64,000 bases of DNA from Clostridia bacterium (GCA_045576835.1 JAZNHF010000036.1:8138-72137); one strand, 5' to 3'. Positions 49,863-59,571 are shown, counted from the stretch's first letter. The notes: generated from the sequence alone by a model not told the origin. Made by a program: numbers and translations.

Positions 49863-51122
49863 ATGGTAAAATATCTTGAAAACAAGAGTGCAAGCATAGT
49901 GCTGTTTGTTGTGTGTTTTGCTACATACTCCTTGATTGGGTTTACAAGAAGTGCGTATACATCAGCCATTGTCGGCATAATAGACGATGGAATATTTACA
50001 AAATTGGATGCAGGGACAATAAGCTCAGCTTTTAATATTACATACTCTCTGGTACAATTTGTTGGAAGCGGACTTACCGACAAGATTTCGCCGTATAAAA
50101 TTATTCTTTTTGCGTTGGTTGGGACGATTGTTGCAAACATTGTAATGTCATTTTCGACATCATTTTGGCTAATTTTTATTGCAAGAGCGGCGTGCGGTGT
50201 CTTTCAATTCGGGACCTGGCCTGCACTTCTTAAAATTGTATCAGGATACATAAATAAGGGTCATAGACGAACCGCTATGTATATTATGCCTCTTGGTATC
50301 ACTGTTGGGGGAATTTTAAGTAATATTGTTGCTTCTGTTGTATTAAATTATGGCAGATGGCAGGATATGTTTAAAATCTCATATATTGTGCTTATATTTA
50401 TTACGATTATATATATACTGACATTTGCTTATGCAGATAAGAAATCAATTATGGTTGAATCTGAGCTTAAAGCCGTGCCTGAACAAAAAGAGGAAAATGT
50501 TAAAGCAGAAAATATAAGCACAATGAAGGTGATATGGAAAAGCGGTGCCATTTTCTTGATTATCCCTGTATTGACCAAAAGTTTAGTTGCAAGTGCGATA
50601 TCTAATTGGATGCCTACAATGATTATGGAGTGTTATAATATATCTCCGAGCTTTTCTACGACACTTTCAACTATTTCAACCTGTGCTAATTTCTTGGCGA
50701 TTTTTTGGGTAATGATGTTTTATCCTAGGGTGATAAGGAATGGCGTATCTGCAGTCGGAATATTTTTTATAATGTCGATTATCCCCTTGACGGTTTTAAT
50801 GTTCATCGGGCAATATCATATGGCAATAGTCGTTTTTCTTATAGCTTTTGTAAACATACAGAAAAACGCAATACATCAATTTTTTACAGTTGAAATTCCG
50901 GCTATGTATGCAAAATACAATAAGGCAGGAACGATAGCAGGACTTATAAATGCCATAGCTTGTCTTGGCTCTGTAATATCAGGAATAGTTTATGGATATA
51001 TTGCTGAAAAATTCGGTTGGGGCATTACGATTGCTTCGTGGTTTATATTGGCAATGCTAGGTGCAATATTTGCATTTATTCAGGCACCTGTATGGAGAAG
51101 GTTCGTGAAAAATATAAAGTGA
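49863..51122 (+). CDS. MFS transporter
   Basis: About 12 TM helices, 'GSGLTDKISPYK' MFS loop motif, central hydrophilic loop. Confidence 0.75.
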   Translation: MVKYLENKSASIVLFVVCFATYSLIGFTRSAYTSAIVGIIDDGIFTKLDAGTISSAFNITYSLVQFVGSGLTDKISPYKIILFALVGTIVANIVMSFSTSFWLIFIARAACGVFQFGTWPALLKIVSGYINKGHRRTAMYIMPLGITVGGILSNIVASVVLNYGRWQDMFKISYIVLIFITIIYILTFAYADKKSIMVESELKAVPEQKEENVKAENISTMKVIWKSGAIFLIIPVLTKSLVASAISNWMPTMIMECYNISPSFSTTLSTISTCANFLAIFWVMMFYPRVIRNGVSAVGIFFIMSIIPLTVLMFIGQYHMAIVVFLIAFVNIQKNAIHQFFTVEIPAMYAKYNKAGTIAGLINAIACLGSVISGIVYGYIAEKFGWGITIASWFILAMLGAIFAFIQAPVWRRFVKNIK

Positions 51123-51131
51123 GGTTTTAAA

Positions 51132-52061
51132 ATGGACAAAAAATGTTTTTTCTTTATTGATGATGTAATTTGGGTGTTTCGTGATTTAACAAGACAAAGA
51201 CCGGGTTCTATGTTTGATAACCCCTTTTTAGGAATGTTAAAGGAAGGGCACGATAAGTATGGAATGAAGGTTCAGCTAAACATATTTTACCGTACAGACT
51301 TTTTTTATGGTGAGGACGAGTTTAGCCTGTCTGAAATGACCGATGCGTATAAGAGCGAGTGGGAAGAAGCCTCCGATTGGCTTAAGCTTGGATTTCATGC
51401 CAAACAGGAATTCCCTGATTACCCATATGTAAATGCGGATTATGAAACGGTAAAAATCAATATGGACAGAACCAAACAAGAGGTTTTCCGTTTTGCCGGC
51501 GAAAATTCATTTGCCTATGGTGCGGTTACGCACTGGCTGCCTATGAGCAAAGAAGGTGTAATGGCTTTGCATGACGGCGGAATTAAGGTTATGAGTTGTT
51601 CATCAGGTGAACGCAGAGAATATACAGGTGACCCGCAAACTCTTCCGTACGGACATTCGTTTAGATTTTTACACAACAAAAAGCCTGAAACAATGCTATA
51701 CAACAGAGGTTCTCTTGATGTGGCTATTGACAACTCAATTTGTGCATATAATCACCTATCTCAAGAGGATATTGAAAGAACAATATTCTCGTTTGATACA
51801 ATATTAGACGAAGAAACGGGTATGCACTTTAAAAGATTTACAAATGTTGCTTGTATAAATCTCTGTGATGAGGAATATCTGGTGAATGATATTCTGAAAA
51901 AGGTTGGCAATCAATATCTTTGTTATGCAACGCATGAGCAATATTTTTATGAAGATTATTTTTCATATCAGCCTGACTATCCTGCAAAGGTTTTGGCAGC
52001 GGCTCGTACATTATATGAAAACGGATATACCTATTTCTTTGTAGAGGAATTAGTAGACTAA
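51132..52061 (+). CDS. Uncharacterised protein, paralogue A of a tandem pair
   Basis: GTGAGG RBS. 309 aa, soluble. Conserved blocks are shared with the next gene: 'FIDDVIW.FRD', 'GMLKE.H.KYG.KV.LN.FYRTD', 'SDWLK.G.H.KQEFPDYP', 'DP..LPYGH.FR.L', 'ATHEQY.Y..YF.YQP'. Confidence 0.7.
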   Translation: MDKKCFFFIDDVIWVFRDLTRQRPGSMFDNPFLGMLKEGHDKYGMKVQLNIFYRTDFFYGEDEFSLSEMTDAYKSEWEEASDWLKLGFHAKQEFPDYPYVNADYETVKINMDRTKQEVFRFAGENSFAYGAVTHWLPMSKEGVMALHDGGIKVMSCSSGERREYTGDPQTLPYGHSFRFLHNKKPETMLYNRGSLDVAIDNSICAYNHLSQEDIERTIFSFDTILDEETGMHFKRFTNVACINLCDEEYLVNDILKKVGNQYLCYATHEQYFYEDYFSYQPDYPAKVLAAARTLYENGYTYFFVEELVD

Positions 52062-52107
52062 AGCAAAAAAAGATGAAAAGAAATGGGAAAATAGGAGATG
52101 AGTTAAA

Positions 52108-53041
52108 TTGAAAAAAGAAAGCATACTTCTATATTGATGATGTGATTTGGCCATTTAGAGACATAATGAGAGATAGACCTAACTCTATATTTGACCAGCA
52201 TCTTTTGGGAATGCTTAAAGAAGCACACGAAAAGTACGGATTTAAGGTGACGCTTAACTGCTTTTATCGTACGGACTATTCTTATACAGACGAGGAGTTC
52301 TGTCTTGCAGATATGACGGATGAGTATAAAGCCGAATGGGAAGCAAATTCCGATTGGCTTAAGATTGGCTATCATTCGAAACAGGAATTCCCGGATTATC
52401 CGCTGCTCAATGTCAATTATGACGATATGAAAAATCAATATATGCGATTTGAGAAAGAGGTTAAGCGTTTTGCGGGTGAAAATGTTTTGATGGAGTCAAT
52501 AAATCCGCATTGGTGGCCTGTGAGCAAGGAGGGCTGCCGTGCATTGCGGGATTGCGGCATCAAGCTTTTCAGTTGCACATACGGTGCCGTTAAGGATTAT
52601 AACGGTGATCCGTTAAGCCTTCCATACGGTCACGCGTTCAGGCTGCTGCAAAATCGAAAGCCTGAATCAAAGATCTTCCTCAGGGCGGGCAGAGATGTGG
52701 CTATCAGAAATTCGCTTTGCGGGTATAATCATTTGTCCGAGGAGGAAGCCGCCAGGATACATGGTACATTCGATACAATCTACAATGACGAGCTTGGAAT
52801 TCATTTTAAAAAGTTTGGAAATGGTATTTGCATAAATACTACGCCGTTAGATGAAATTGAAAAGGACTTAGTGCCAAAAATGAATAGCGAATATGTTTGT
52901 TGTGCTACACATGAGCAGTATGCATATCCTGAGTATTTTGCATATCAGCCGGAGACAAAAGATAAACTGATGAAGATGTGTGAAATCCTGAAGGAAAATG
53001 ATTATGAATACTTCTTCGTTGATGACTGCTTGAACTTTTGA
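52108..53041 (+). pseudogene. Uncharacterised protein, paralogue B; conserved N-terminus cut off by a +1 frame change in an A6 run
   Basis: AGGAG (52093-52097) plus TTG 52108 opens MKKESILLY*. The conserved 'KKKAYFYIDDVIW' is read in the +1 frame, which has no start codon before GTG 52142. Confidence 0.6.
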
Positions 53042-53124
53042 GTAAACATAAAATGAGTACAGAGAACTACTCATTATTGCTCGAACCATTTAAACATATC
53101 TGTTATTTGAAAGGGGAATCGTAA

Positions 53125-53859
53125 ATGGAAAAGGTAATAAAATACGAGAATTTAAAGCGATTTGCATATACAAATGAAAAGTATTGCAAAATGCCTATAA
53201 AGGGTGTTGTTGTTTTTTTTCAAGGAGCTAATGGCTATTTTACATCCGTAAACGATGAGTTACCCATTGATAAGACTTATGGCGAAGAGGGAATACTCAG
53301 GGTAATGCCTCACTATAATCCTTGGTGCTTTATGAATAAGGAGGCACAAGACCTTACTAATCAGGTGCTTGATGTATTATTCGAGCATTATGGGTTGTCT
53401 GATGATACGCCCCTTGTTTATTCAGGAGCGAGTATGGGCGGCGGTGCTGCACTTTTGATTTCTGCACTTGGGAAGCATAAGCCGGTCGCATGTCTTGCAA
53501 ACTGCCCTCTTTGTGATATGGTATATCAGGCTGAGAATGAAGATTTTACAAGAATGATTTATAGTGCAGTTTATCATGAAAACGGTACAATGGAGGAGGC
53601 AGTAAAAACAATATCTCCCCTTCATAATATTGATAAACTTCCTAAATGTAAGTATTATATATTCCATTGTGATAAGGATGAGGTGCTTGATATACACGCT
53701 CATTCTGATGTAATGGTAGAAAAAATGAAAGAGCATGGATTAGATGTAACATATTATATAGTCCATGATATGGGGCATATAAAGCTTACTCCTGAGATGA
53801 GCGAAGTGTACAGCAGTTATATACATAATAGCATAAATGGTGTAGATATGTGTGATTGA
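53125..53859 (+). CDS. Alpha/beta-hydrolase fold esterase
   Basis: Nucleophile elbow 'GASMGGG', acid 'HCDKDEV', His 'HDMGH'. Confidence 0.7.
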   Translation: MEKVIKYENLKRFAYTNEKYCKMPIKGVVVFFQGANGYFTSVNDELPIDKTYGEEGILRVMPHYNPWCFMNKEAQDLTNQVLDVLFEHYGLSDDTPLVYSGASMGGGAALLISALGKHKPVACLANCPLCDMVYQAENEDFTRMIYSAVYHENGTMEEAVKTISPLHNIDKLPKCKYYIFHCDKDEVLDIHAHSDVMVEKMKEHGLDVTYYIVHDMGHIKLTPEMSEVYSSYIHNSINGVDMCD

Positions 53860-53920
53860 TATGAATTGAAAATCATATCTATTTCGTTATGCTTGTACTG
53901 TACAGTTATATCAAAACAAC

Positions 53921-53955
53921 AAAATCCGCCCGCATATTATATGCGGACGGATTTT
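53921..53955. terminator. Bidirectional terminator marking the right border of the accessory locus
   Basis: AAAATCCGCCCGCAT-ATTAT-ATGCGGACGGATTTT, with one mismatch. Confidence 0.8.
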
Positions 53956-54014
53956 TACTTTATTTGGTTGTAAGTTTTGTCTTTCAATCCTTGAAAACCT
54001 TGATTTTACGCCAT

Positions 54015-55526
54015 TTATTTATCCAGAGGCTTCATTGTTGGGAATAATAAGACATCGCGGATTGATGAGCTGTCGGTCAAGAGCATTACAAGTCTGTCAA
54101 TGCCAATGCCGAGACCGCCTGTTGGTGGAAGCCCGTACTCAAGTGCAGTAACATAGTCGTCGTCCATCATTGTTGCTTCTTCGTCGCCTGCTTCACGCTT
54201 TTCTACCTGACGCATGAAACGCTCTTTCTGGTCAATCGGGTCGTTAAGCTCTGAAAAGGCGTTGCCGAATTCACGACTTGTAATAAACACCTCAAATCTT
54301 TCGGTAAAGTCAGGGTTTGACGGCATACGCTTTGCAAGAGGAGATACCTCTACGGGGTATTCTGTAATAAAGGTAGGTTGAACAAGCTTTTCTTCAACAG
54401 TTTCTTCAAACACATAGCTGATAATTTCGCCTTTGCTCATACGGGGCATTTCGTCATCAAATGTTACGCCTACTGATTTTGCCAATGCTTCGGCTTCTTC
54501 GTCGGTTTTAACAGCAGCAAAATCTGCACCCGTAAATTTCTTTATAGACTCAATCATAGTCATTCTTGCCCACGGCTTGCCGAGGTCTACTTCAATTCCC
54601 TGATATGTCAGCTTTGTAGTTCCAAGCACCTTTTCTGCAACTGTGCGTATAAGGTCCTCGGTGAGGTTCATCATTCCGACATAATCGGTATATGCCTCAT
54701 AAATTTCAATCGATGTAAACTCGGGGTTATGCTTTACATCCATACCCTCGTTTCTGAAAAGTCTGCCCATTTCGTAAACCTTTTCAAAGCCGCCGACCAC
54801 AAGACGCTTTAAATAAAGCTCGGGTGCAATTCTTAAATACATATCTATGTCAAGAGTGTTGTGATGGGTGATAAATGGTCTTGCGTTTGCACCGCCTGCT
54901 ATTGTATTGAGGATAGGTGTTTCAACCTCAAGATATCCGCGATTGTCAAGATAATTTCTTATCGCAGAAACAACACGGCTTCTGGTGACAAAAGCAGATT
55001 TTACATCAGGATTCATAATTAAATCAACATAGCGTTGTCTGTATCTTAAATCCGTATTTGTAAGTCCGTGGAACTTTTCGGGCAGAGGACGAAGAGATTT
55101 GCTCAAAAGCTTTACACTGCTTGTCCTGATTGACATTTCGCCTCTTTGAGTTGTGAAAACCTCGCCCGTTACACCGATAATATCGCCTATATCAAGCTTT
55201 TTATATTTTGCATAGGGTTCTTCACCCATTTCGTCTCTTTTAACACAGAGCTGGATTTTGCCCTCGCCATCGTGGAGGTCTGCAAACGACATTTTACCCA
55301 TTACACGCTTTGACATCATTCTGCCTGCAACGGTTACGACCTTGCCCTCATACTCTGAATAGTTGTTTGTAATATCGGTTATCATATTTGTGCGGTCAAA
55401 TTTTGTGACCTCAAAGGGATTTTCTCCATCGTTTATAAGAGTTGCAAGCTTTTCACGGCGTATTTTTAATACTTCGTTCAGGTCAAGCTCTTGTGTTAGA
55501 TTGTTTTGCTCATTATTTTCGCTCAT
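54015..55526 (-). CDS. lysS: Lysine--tRNA ligase (class II)
   Basis: 503 aa. OB-fold N-terminus. Class II motifs '[16 protein letters not shown]' and '[17 protein letters not shown]'. Confidence 0.95.
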   Translation of the reverse strand: MSENNEQNNLTQELDLNEVLKIRREKLATLINDGENPFEVTKFDRTNMITDITNNYSEYEGKVVTVAGRMMSKRVMGKMSFADLHDGEGKIQLCVKRDEMGEEPYAKYKKLDIGDIIGVTGEVFTTQRGEMSIRTSSVKLLSKSLRPLPEKFHGLTNTDLRYRQRYVDLIMNPDVKSAFVTRSRVVSAIRNYLDNRGYLEVETPILNTIAGGANARPFITHHNTLDIDMYLRIAPELYLKRLVVGGFEKVYEMGRLFRNEGMDVKHNPEFTSIEIYEAYTDYVGMMNLTEDLIRTVAEKVLGTTKLTYQGIEVDLGKPWARMTMIESIKKFTGADFAAVKTDEEAEALAKSVGVTFDDEMPRMSKGEIISYVFEETVEEKLVQPTFITEYPVEVSPLAKRMPSNPDFTERFEVFITSREFGNAFSELNDPIDQKERFMRQVEKREAGDEEATMMDDDYVTALEYGLPPTGGLGIGIDRLVMLLTDSSSIRDVLLFPTMKPLDK

Positions 55527-55566
55527 TGTAATTTTCCTTCCCTTTTAGTATATGTAGCATTTGTAT

Positions 55567-55590
55567 ATTTCGGGGACGATGCCCCGAAAT
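55567..55590 (-). other. Hairpin between greA and lysS
   Basis: ATTTCGGGG / CCCCGAAAT 9-bp stem abutting the greA stop. The U-tail is weak, so termination is at most partial. Confidence 0.4.
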
Positions 55591-56072
55591 TATTCGATAG
55601 CAAGAATTTTAAACTCAATCTGTCCGTCTTGTGTGTCAAGAAAAGCACTTTCTCCGACAGCCTTACCGTTGATAGCCATAAAAAGCGGACATTCGTTTGA
55701 TATGGTTTTTTCGTTGCCACTTGTGGGGTCCGCCTCGGTTGAACCAACAATGGTGTACCATTCCTCTTCGTCTAAATCAACATCGAGAATTTTAACCTTT
55801 GTTCCAATCCCGACCTTTGACCTGTCTATCTCGTCGGCGTCGATTATTTCGACATTTTTAAGCATATGTTCAAGCTCGTTAATTCTTAATTCAACTTGAG
55901 CCTGTTCATTCTTTGCTTCGTCGTATTCGGAATTTTCCGAAAGGTCGCCAAACCCGAGTGCAACCTTTATTTTTTCAGATACCTCTTTGCGTTTTTTGGT
56001 TTTAAGAAACTCCAGTTCTTCCTCCAATTTTTTCAAACCATCGCTTGTAAGTGTAATTTTCTTTGTAGCCAT
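55590..56072 (-). CDS. greA: Transcription elongation factor GreA
   Basis: 'ITLTSDGLKKLEEELEFLK....R.EVSEKIK.A..FGDLSENSEYDEAK'. Confidence 0.92.
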   Translation of the reverse strand: MATKKITLTSDGLKKLEEELEFLKTKKRKEVSEKIKVALGFGDLSENSEYDEAKNEQAQVELRINELEHMLKNVEIIDADEIDRSKVGIGTKVKILDVDLDEEEWYTIVGSTEADPTSGNEKTISNECPLFMAINGKAVGESAFLDTQDGQIEFKILAIE

Positions 56073-56191
56073 GATAATCAATCCTTTCTCTTATCCATTT
56101 CCCAATTTGTTACTCTATCTATATAAAAATTGTCACTTTAAAATTGTCGGAATAACATATCAAAATATTATAATATATTACGCCCAAAATG

Positions 56192-56950
56192 TCAACTGAT
56201 TTTTACTTTGTTTTGCCCAACCAAGAGAGATTTTATTTCAAGAAAATTTTCGTCACAGAGATACACTGCTTCCTCGGCAGGGTCAAGCTTGTAGATGCCG
56301 CTGTTTGATATAAATTCCGCCCCGTCTGCTATGCAGTCTCCTATTCGGATTCTGCCCTCGTCTGCATCAATAAAAGAATAGGAATAAACCTTTTTTTCAG
56401 TATACGGCTCTACCTTTATCAAAACTCCGTATTCGCAAAATATATCATCTGCAATCCTTTGTGCAGATGTGAGCTTATCTGTGCGAATGGTAATCTGCCT
56501 CGCTGTAGTACAAATCTCCTCAAGCAACGGCAGAGATACACCCCTTAAATCCTTGTCAGAAATTGTAAGTGTTGCTCCGTACTTTGATTGCTCGTTTATT
56601 TTGCTCCATAACTTTAAAAAACAAAAGCTAATGCGGTTTGGCGGTATCTTATAGCTTTTTTTAAAATTCAGCACAAGTTTTGGGTGATAATTTTCTATGA
56701 TTTCCCGCAATACATCGGACGGAAGAGCAGCTTCTGCTCCGTTTGATTTAAGAATTGCCGTTGCTTTTTGCATAAGACGAACCAGCTTTTTTGTCCGCAT
56801 TGTTTTGAGCTCGCTTTCTGAATATGCAAGCTCTGCAACACTGTAATGCGGATTTTTCCCAAATGCTTCTTTAATAACAACAGGACACAATAGTCTTGTG
56901 CGTATATTTTTTTTCTTCTCTGGCACCGAAATTATGCCGATGTGGTTCAC
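56192..56950 (-). CDS. Hypothetical protein translationally coupled to the upstream Ctp protease gene
   Basis: GTG 56950 overlaps the protease TGA (GTGA). 252 aa, soluble. I recognise no family. Confidence 0.6.
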   Translation of the reverse strand: MNHIGIISVPEKKKNIRTRLLCPVVIKEAFGKNPHYSVAELAYSESELKTMRTKKLVRLMQKATAILKSNGAEAALPSDVLREIIENYHPKLVLNFKKSYKIPPNRISFCFLKLWSKINEQSKYGATLTISDKDLRGVSLPLLEEICTTARQITIRTDKLTSAQRIADDIFCEYGVLIKVEPYTEKKVYSYSFIDADEGRIRIGDCIADGAEFISNSGIYKLDPAEEAVYLCDENFLEIKSLLVGQNKVKIS

Positions 56951-58125
56951 TTTGATTTTAAGTGCTTGATTGCAGCCTGTAATTGCTCGTCGTCTGAATG
57001 CTCAAGCTTGTCAAGATAGAAAGCCTTTTCAGGTGCCATTTCAACTATAATATCAGGAGTTATTCCTTCGCCGTGGATAGATGCTCCGCTTGGCGTGTAA
57101 TAGCTTGAAACGGTTACCGTAAGCAAGCCCTCGCCAATAGGAATAACGCTCTGAACAACACCCTTACCGAAGCTTTTTTCGCCTATAATTGTTGCGAGAG
57201 AGTGGTCGCGTAACGCTCCCGTTAAGACCTCGCTCGCTGATGCACTGTCACCATTTATCAGGACCGCAAGCGGAAGAGTTATTTTATCATCAGCAGATAC
57301 ACCGAGCGAGAAAAATTCCTCTTTTGTATCAAATTTGTCAAGTGTAAAGGTTACAAGCTCTCCTTCGGGAACGAACAGGCTTGATATAGCAACGGCTTCG
57401 TCAAGAAGACCGCCGGGATTGTTTCTCAAATCAATGATTAGAGATGTCATTCCCTCGTCTTTTAAAGCATGGCATTTTTCTGCAAGCTTTTGCGAAGAGT
57501 TTTCTGTAAATTGTGTAAGCCGTATATAACCAATGCCATTCTGGAGCATTTCTCCGCTTACGCACTCAATTTCGACCTCGCTTCGGATAAGGGTAACATC
57601 ACGGACAGAACCATCATCGGCAGAGCGAATTGTTAAAGTAACCTCGCTTCCCTCTTCGCCGCGCATATAGTTCGCCGCTTCTGTGAGCTCTTCTCCTGTG
57701 TAGGGCTGATTGTCAATCTTGAGGATTTTATCCCCCGAAGTAATTCCCTGTGCCTCGGCAGGACCGCCGGGAATTGCCGAAAGCACTGATATAATATTAT
57801 CATCATCGCTTTGGATATAAAGTCCGATACCGCAGAAGCTGCCTGATACATTTTCGATATATTCAAGGGCTTCCTCACCCCACATATAGCCTGTGTATGG
57901 GTCATCAACCGATGCGGGTATACCCGCAATAGCCATTTCGGCAGCATTTCCTAAATCGACATCCTTGTAATACATAAATTCAAATAATTTAGAGGTATAC
58001 GAAAGTTTGAGAAACTTTCCGATGTTTGCAATACCAAAAGGATTTACTGCACAAACTGTCAGGATAGATGTAATGAGAACTATCGCGATTGTCCATATAA
58101 CCACTTTTGATTTTTTTATATACAT
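56947..58125 (-). CDS. Carboxyl-terminal processing protease (S41A, CtpA/CtpB-like)
   Basis: N-terminal TM segment, PDZ 'GITSGDKILKIDN', 'LIIDLRNNPGG', 'DSASASEV', 'GEKSFGKGVVQ'. GAGGTG lies 9 nt before ATG 58125. Confidence 0.85.
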   Translation of the reverse strand: MYIKKSKVVIWTIAIVLITSILTVCAVNPFGIANIGKFLKLSYTSKLFEFMYYKDVDLGNAAEMAIAGIPASVDDPYTGYMWGEEALEYIENVSGSFCGIGLYIQSDDDNIISVLSAIPGGPAEAQGITSGDKILKIDNQPYTGEELTEAANYMRGEEGSEVTLTIRSADDGSVRDVTLIRSEVEIECVSGEMLQNGIGYIRLTQFTENSSQKLAEKCHALKDEGMTSLIIDLRNNPGGLLDEAVAISSLFVPEGELVTFTLDKFDTKEEFFSLGVSADDKITLPLAVLINGDSASASEVLTGALRDHSLATIIGEKSFGKGVVQSVIPIGEGLLTVTVSSYYTPSGASIHGEGITPDIIVEMAPEKAFYLDKLEHSDDEQLQAAIKHLKSK

Positions 58126-58298
58126 AAAGTTTAGCACCTCACTTGCATTCGGTTACACCATAATATTATTCGTATTCCGCAGAGTTGTATGCTATGACAA
58201 AGCAGAAGATAAAAATTATTGTATGCACAAAGCGGAGCTGAAGCGTGCGAATTACCGCAAATGCCCCAAGCCCCGCCGAAATTATTAAAATTATAAAT

Positions 58299-59384
58299 CT
58301 AAATCCTCGTAGGGTCAGATGTTAAGTATTTATTTACCATCATCGCCACCTTGAAGATAATGGCATCATCAAACTCTCTTAAATCAAGGCCTGTGAGCTT
58401 CTTGATTTTATCAAGTCTGTATACGAGCGTATTTCTGTGAACAAAAAGTTTTCTCGATGTTTCGGAAACATTGAGGTTGTTCTCAAAGAACTTTTGTATT
58501 GTATAAATTGTTTCGCTATCCAATACATTTATAGACTCTTTCTTGAAAACCTCGTTAAGGTAAAGGTCGCACAGAGTGGTAGGAAGCTGATAGATAAGTC
58601 TGCCGATGCCGAGATTTTCATAGCTGATGACATTTTTTTCGGTGTCGAACACCTTGCTTACCTCAAGAGCAATTCTTGCCTCACGATATGCCTGGGCAAG
58701 CTCTTGTATTGTTCCGACAACAGAGGATATACCGACTGATACCTTAAGCATATCTTCAGTAGAGAGGGTATCAAAAATATTCTGTGCAAGCTGATTGACC
58801 TCTGTTTTGTCTGCCCCATCGGGAAATTCCTTGATAACAACTATATCGTGGTCATCAATGCGGATTACAAAATCATTTTTGCGGTCAGGGAAAAGTCCGC
58901 GAAGTATATCAATAGCGGAATTCTCAACAGTTTTGGAAATTCTGACAAGATAAACCGCACGGCTGACCTCGACTGCAAGATGCAGCTCCCTTGTTCTGAA
59001 GAGAACATCACCGGGAAGAATGTTATCAACAATAATGTTCTTCACAAAGCTGTTGCGGTCATATTTTTCGTCATAGTACTGCTTAAGAGTGAGAAAATGG
59101 ACGCCGAGCAATGAGCAAATATTTGTTGCAATCTCGTCGTCACCTTCACAAAATACAAGATATTCCATCTTGTTAAAGGTTTCAATCTTCTTATAACTGA
59201 AACCGCCGATACACTTAGTTTCGCCCGATGCGTCAAAAACCGTGAATATGTTATCGATGGTGTTCCCAATCCACATATCATCACTGCAAGCGATTACCGA
59301 TTCTGAATCATCAATAACACCCACAACTCGCTTGATGTCTTTTTTTAATTGGGCAAGAGTGTTCTGAAACAATCTGTTTTGCAT
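58299..59384 (-). CDS. PucR/CdaR-family transcriptional regulator
   Basis: C-terminal HTH 'NVSETSRKLFVHRNTLVYRLDKIKKLTGLDL'. Confidence 0.75.
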   Translation of the reverse strand: MQNRLFQNTLAQLKKDIKRVVGVIDDSESVIACSDDMWIGNTIDNIFTVFDASGETKCIGGFSYKKIETFNKMEYLVFCEGDDEIATNICSLLGVHFLTLKQYYDEKYDRNSFVKNIIVDNILPGDVLFRTRELHLAVEVSRAVYLVRISKTVENSAIDILRGLFPDRKNDFVIRIDDHDIVVIKEFPDGADKTEVNQLAQNIFDTLSTEDMLKVSVGISSVVGTIQELAQAYREARIALEVSKVFDTEKNVISYENLGIGRLIYQLPTTLCDLYLNEVFKKESINVLDSETIYTIQKFFENNLNVSETSRKLFVHRNTLVYRLDKIKKLTGLDLREFDDAIIFKVAMMVNKYLTSDPTRI

Positions 59385-59503
59385 AACGCCACCTCCAGAG
59401 TTTTAAACAAAAGAAATGCTTAATCTAACCTATTATAACTCTAAAAAACAAAAAATGCAATATTTTTGTTAAAAATTCATAAAAAAGTCATAAAGCAACA
59501 CGC

Positions 59504-59533
59504 TTGACAGACTTTTACTCTTCGGTGTATAAT
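59504..59533 (+). promoter_or_regulatory. SigmaA promoter for the phosphoglycerate-mutase-like gene
   Basis: TTGACA, 18 nt, TATAAT. Confidence 0.55.
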
Positions 59534-59571
59534 ATAATGGTATATAAATTGCTTTAAGGATGTGCTTTTTT

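Noticed and set aside
55527-55589. Possible T-box or L-box leader before lysS
   Set aside because: Only 63 nt separate greA and lysS. They contain a single 9-bp hairpin that abuts the greA stop, which is too short for either riboswitch class.
58007-58288. 93-aa + strand ORF spanning the ctp start and the upstream intergenic region
   Set aside because: It overlaps the ctp N-terminus in antisense, has no RBS and shows no family resemblance.
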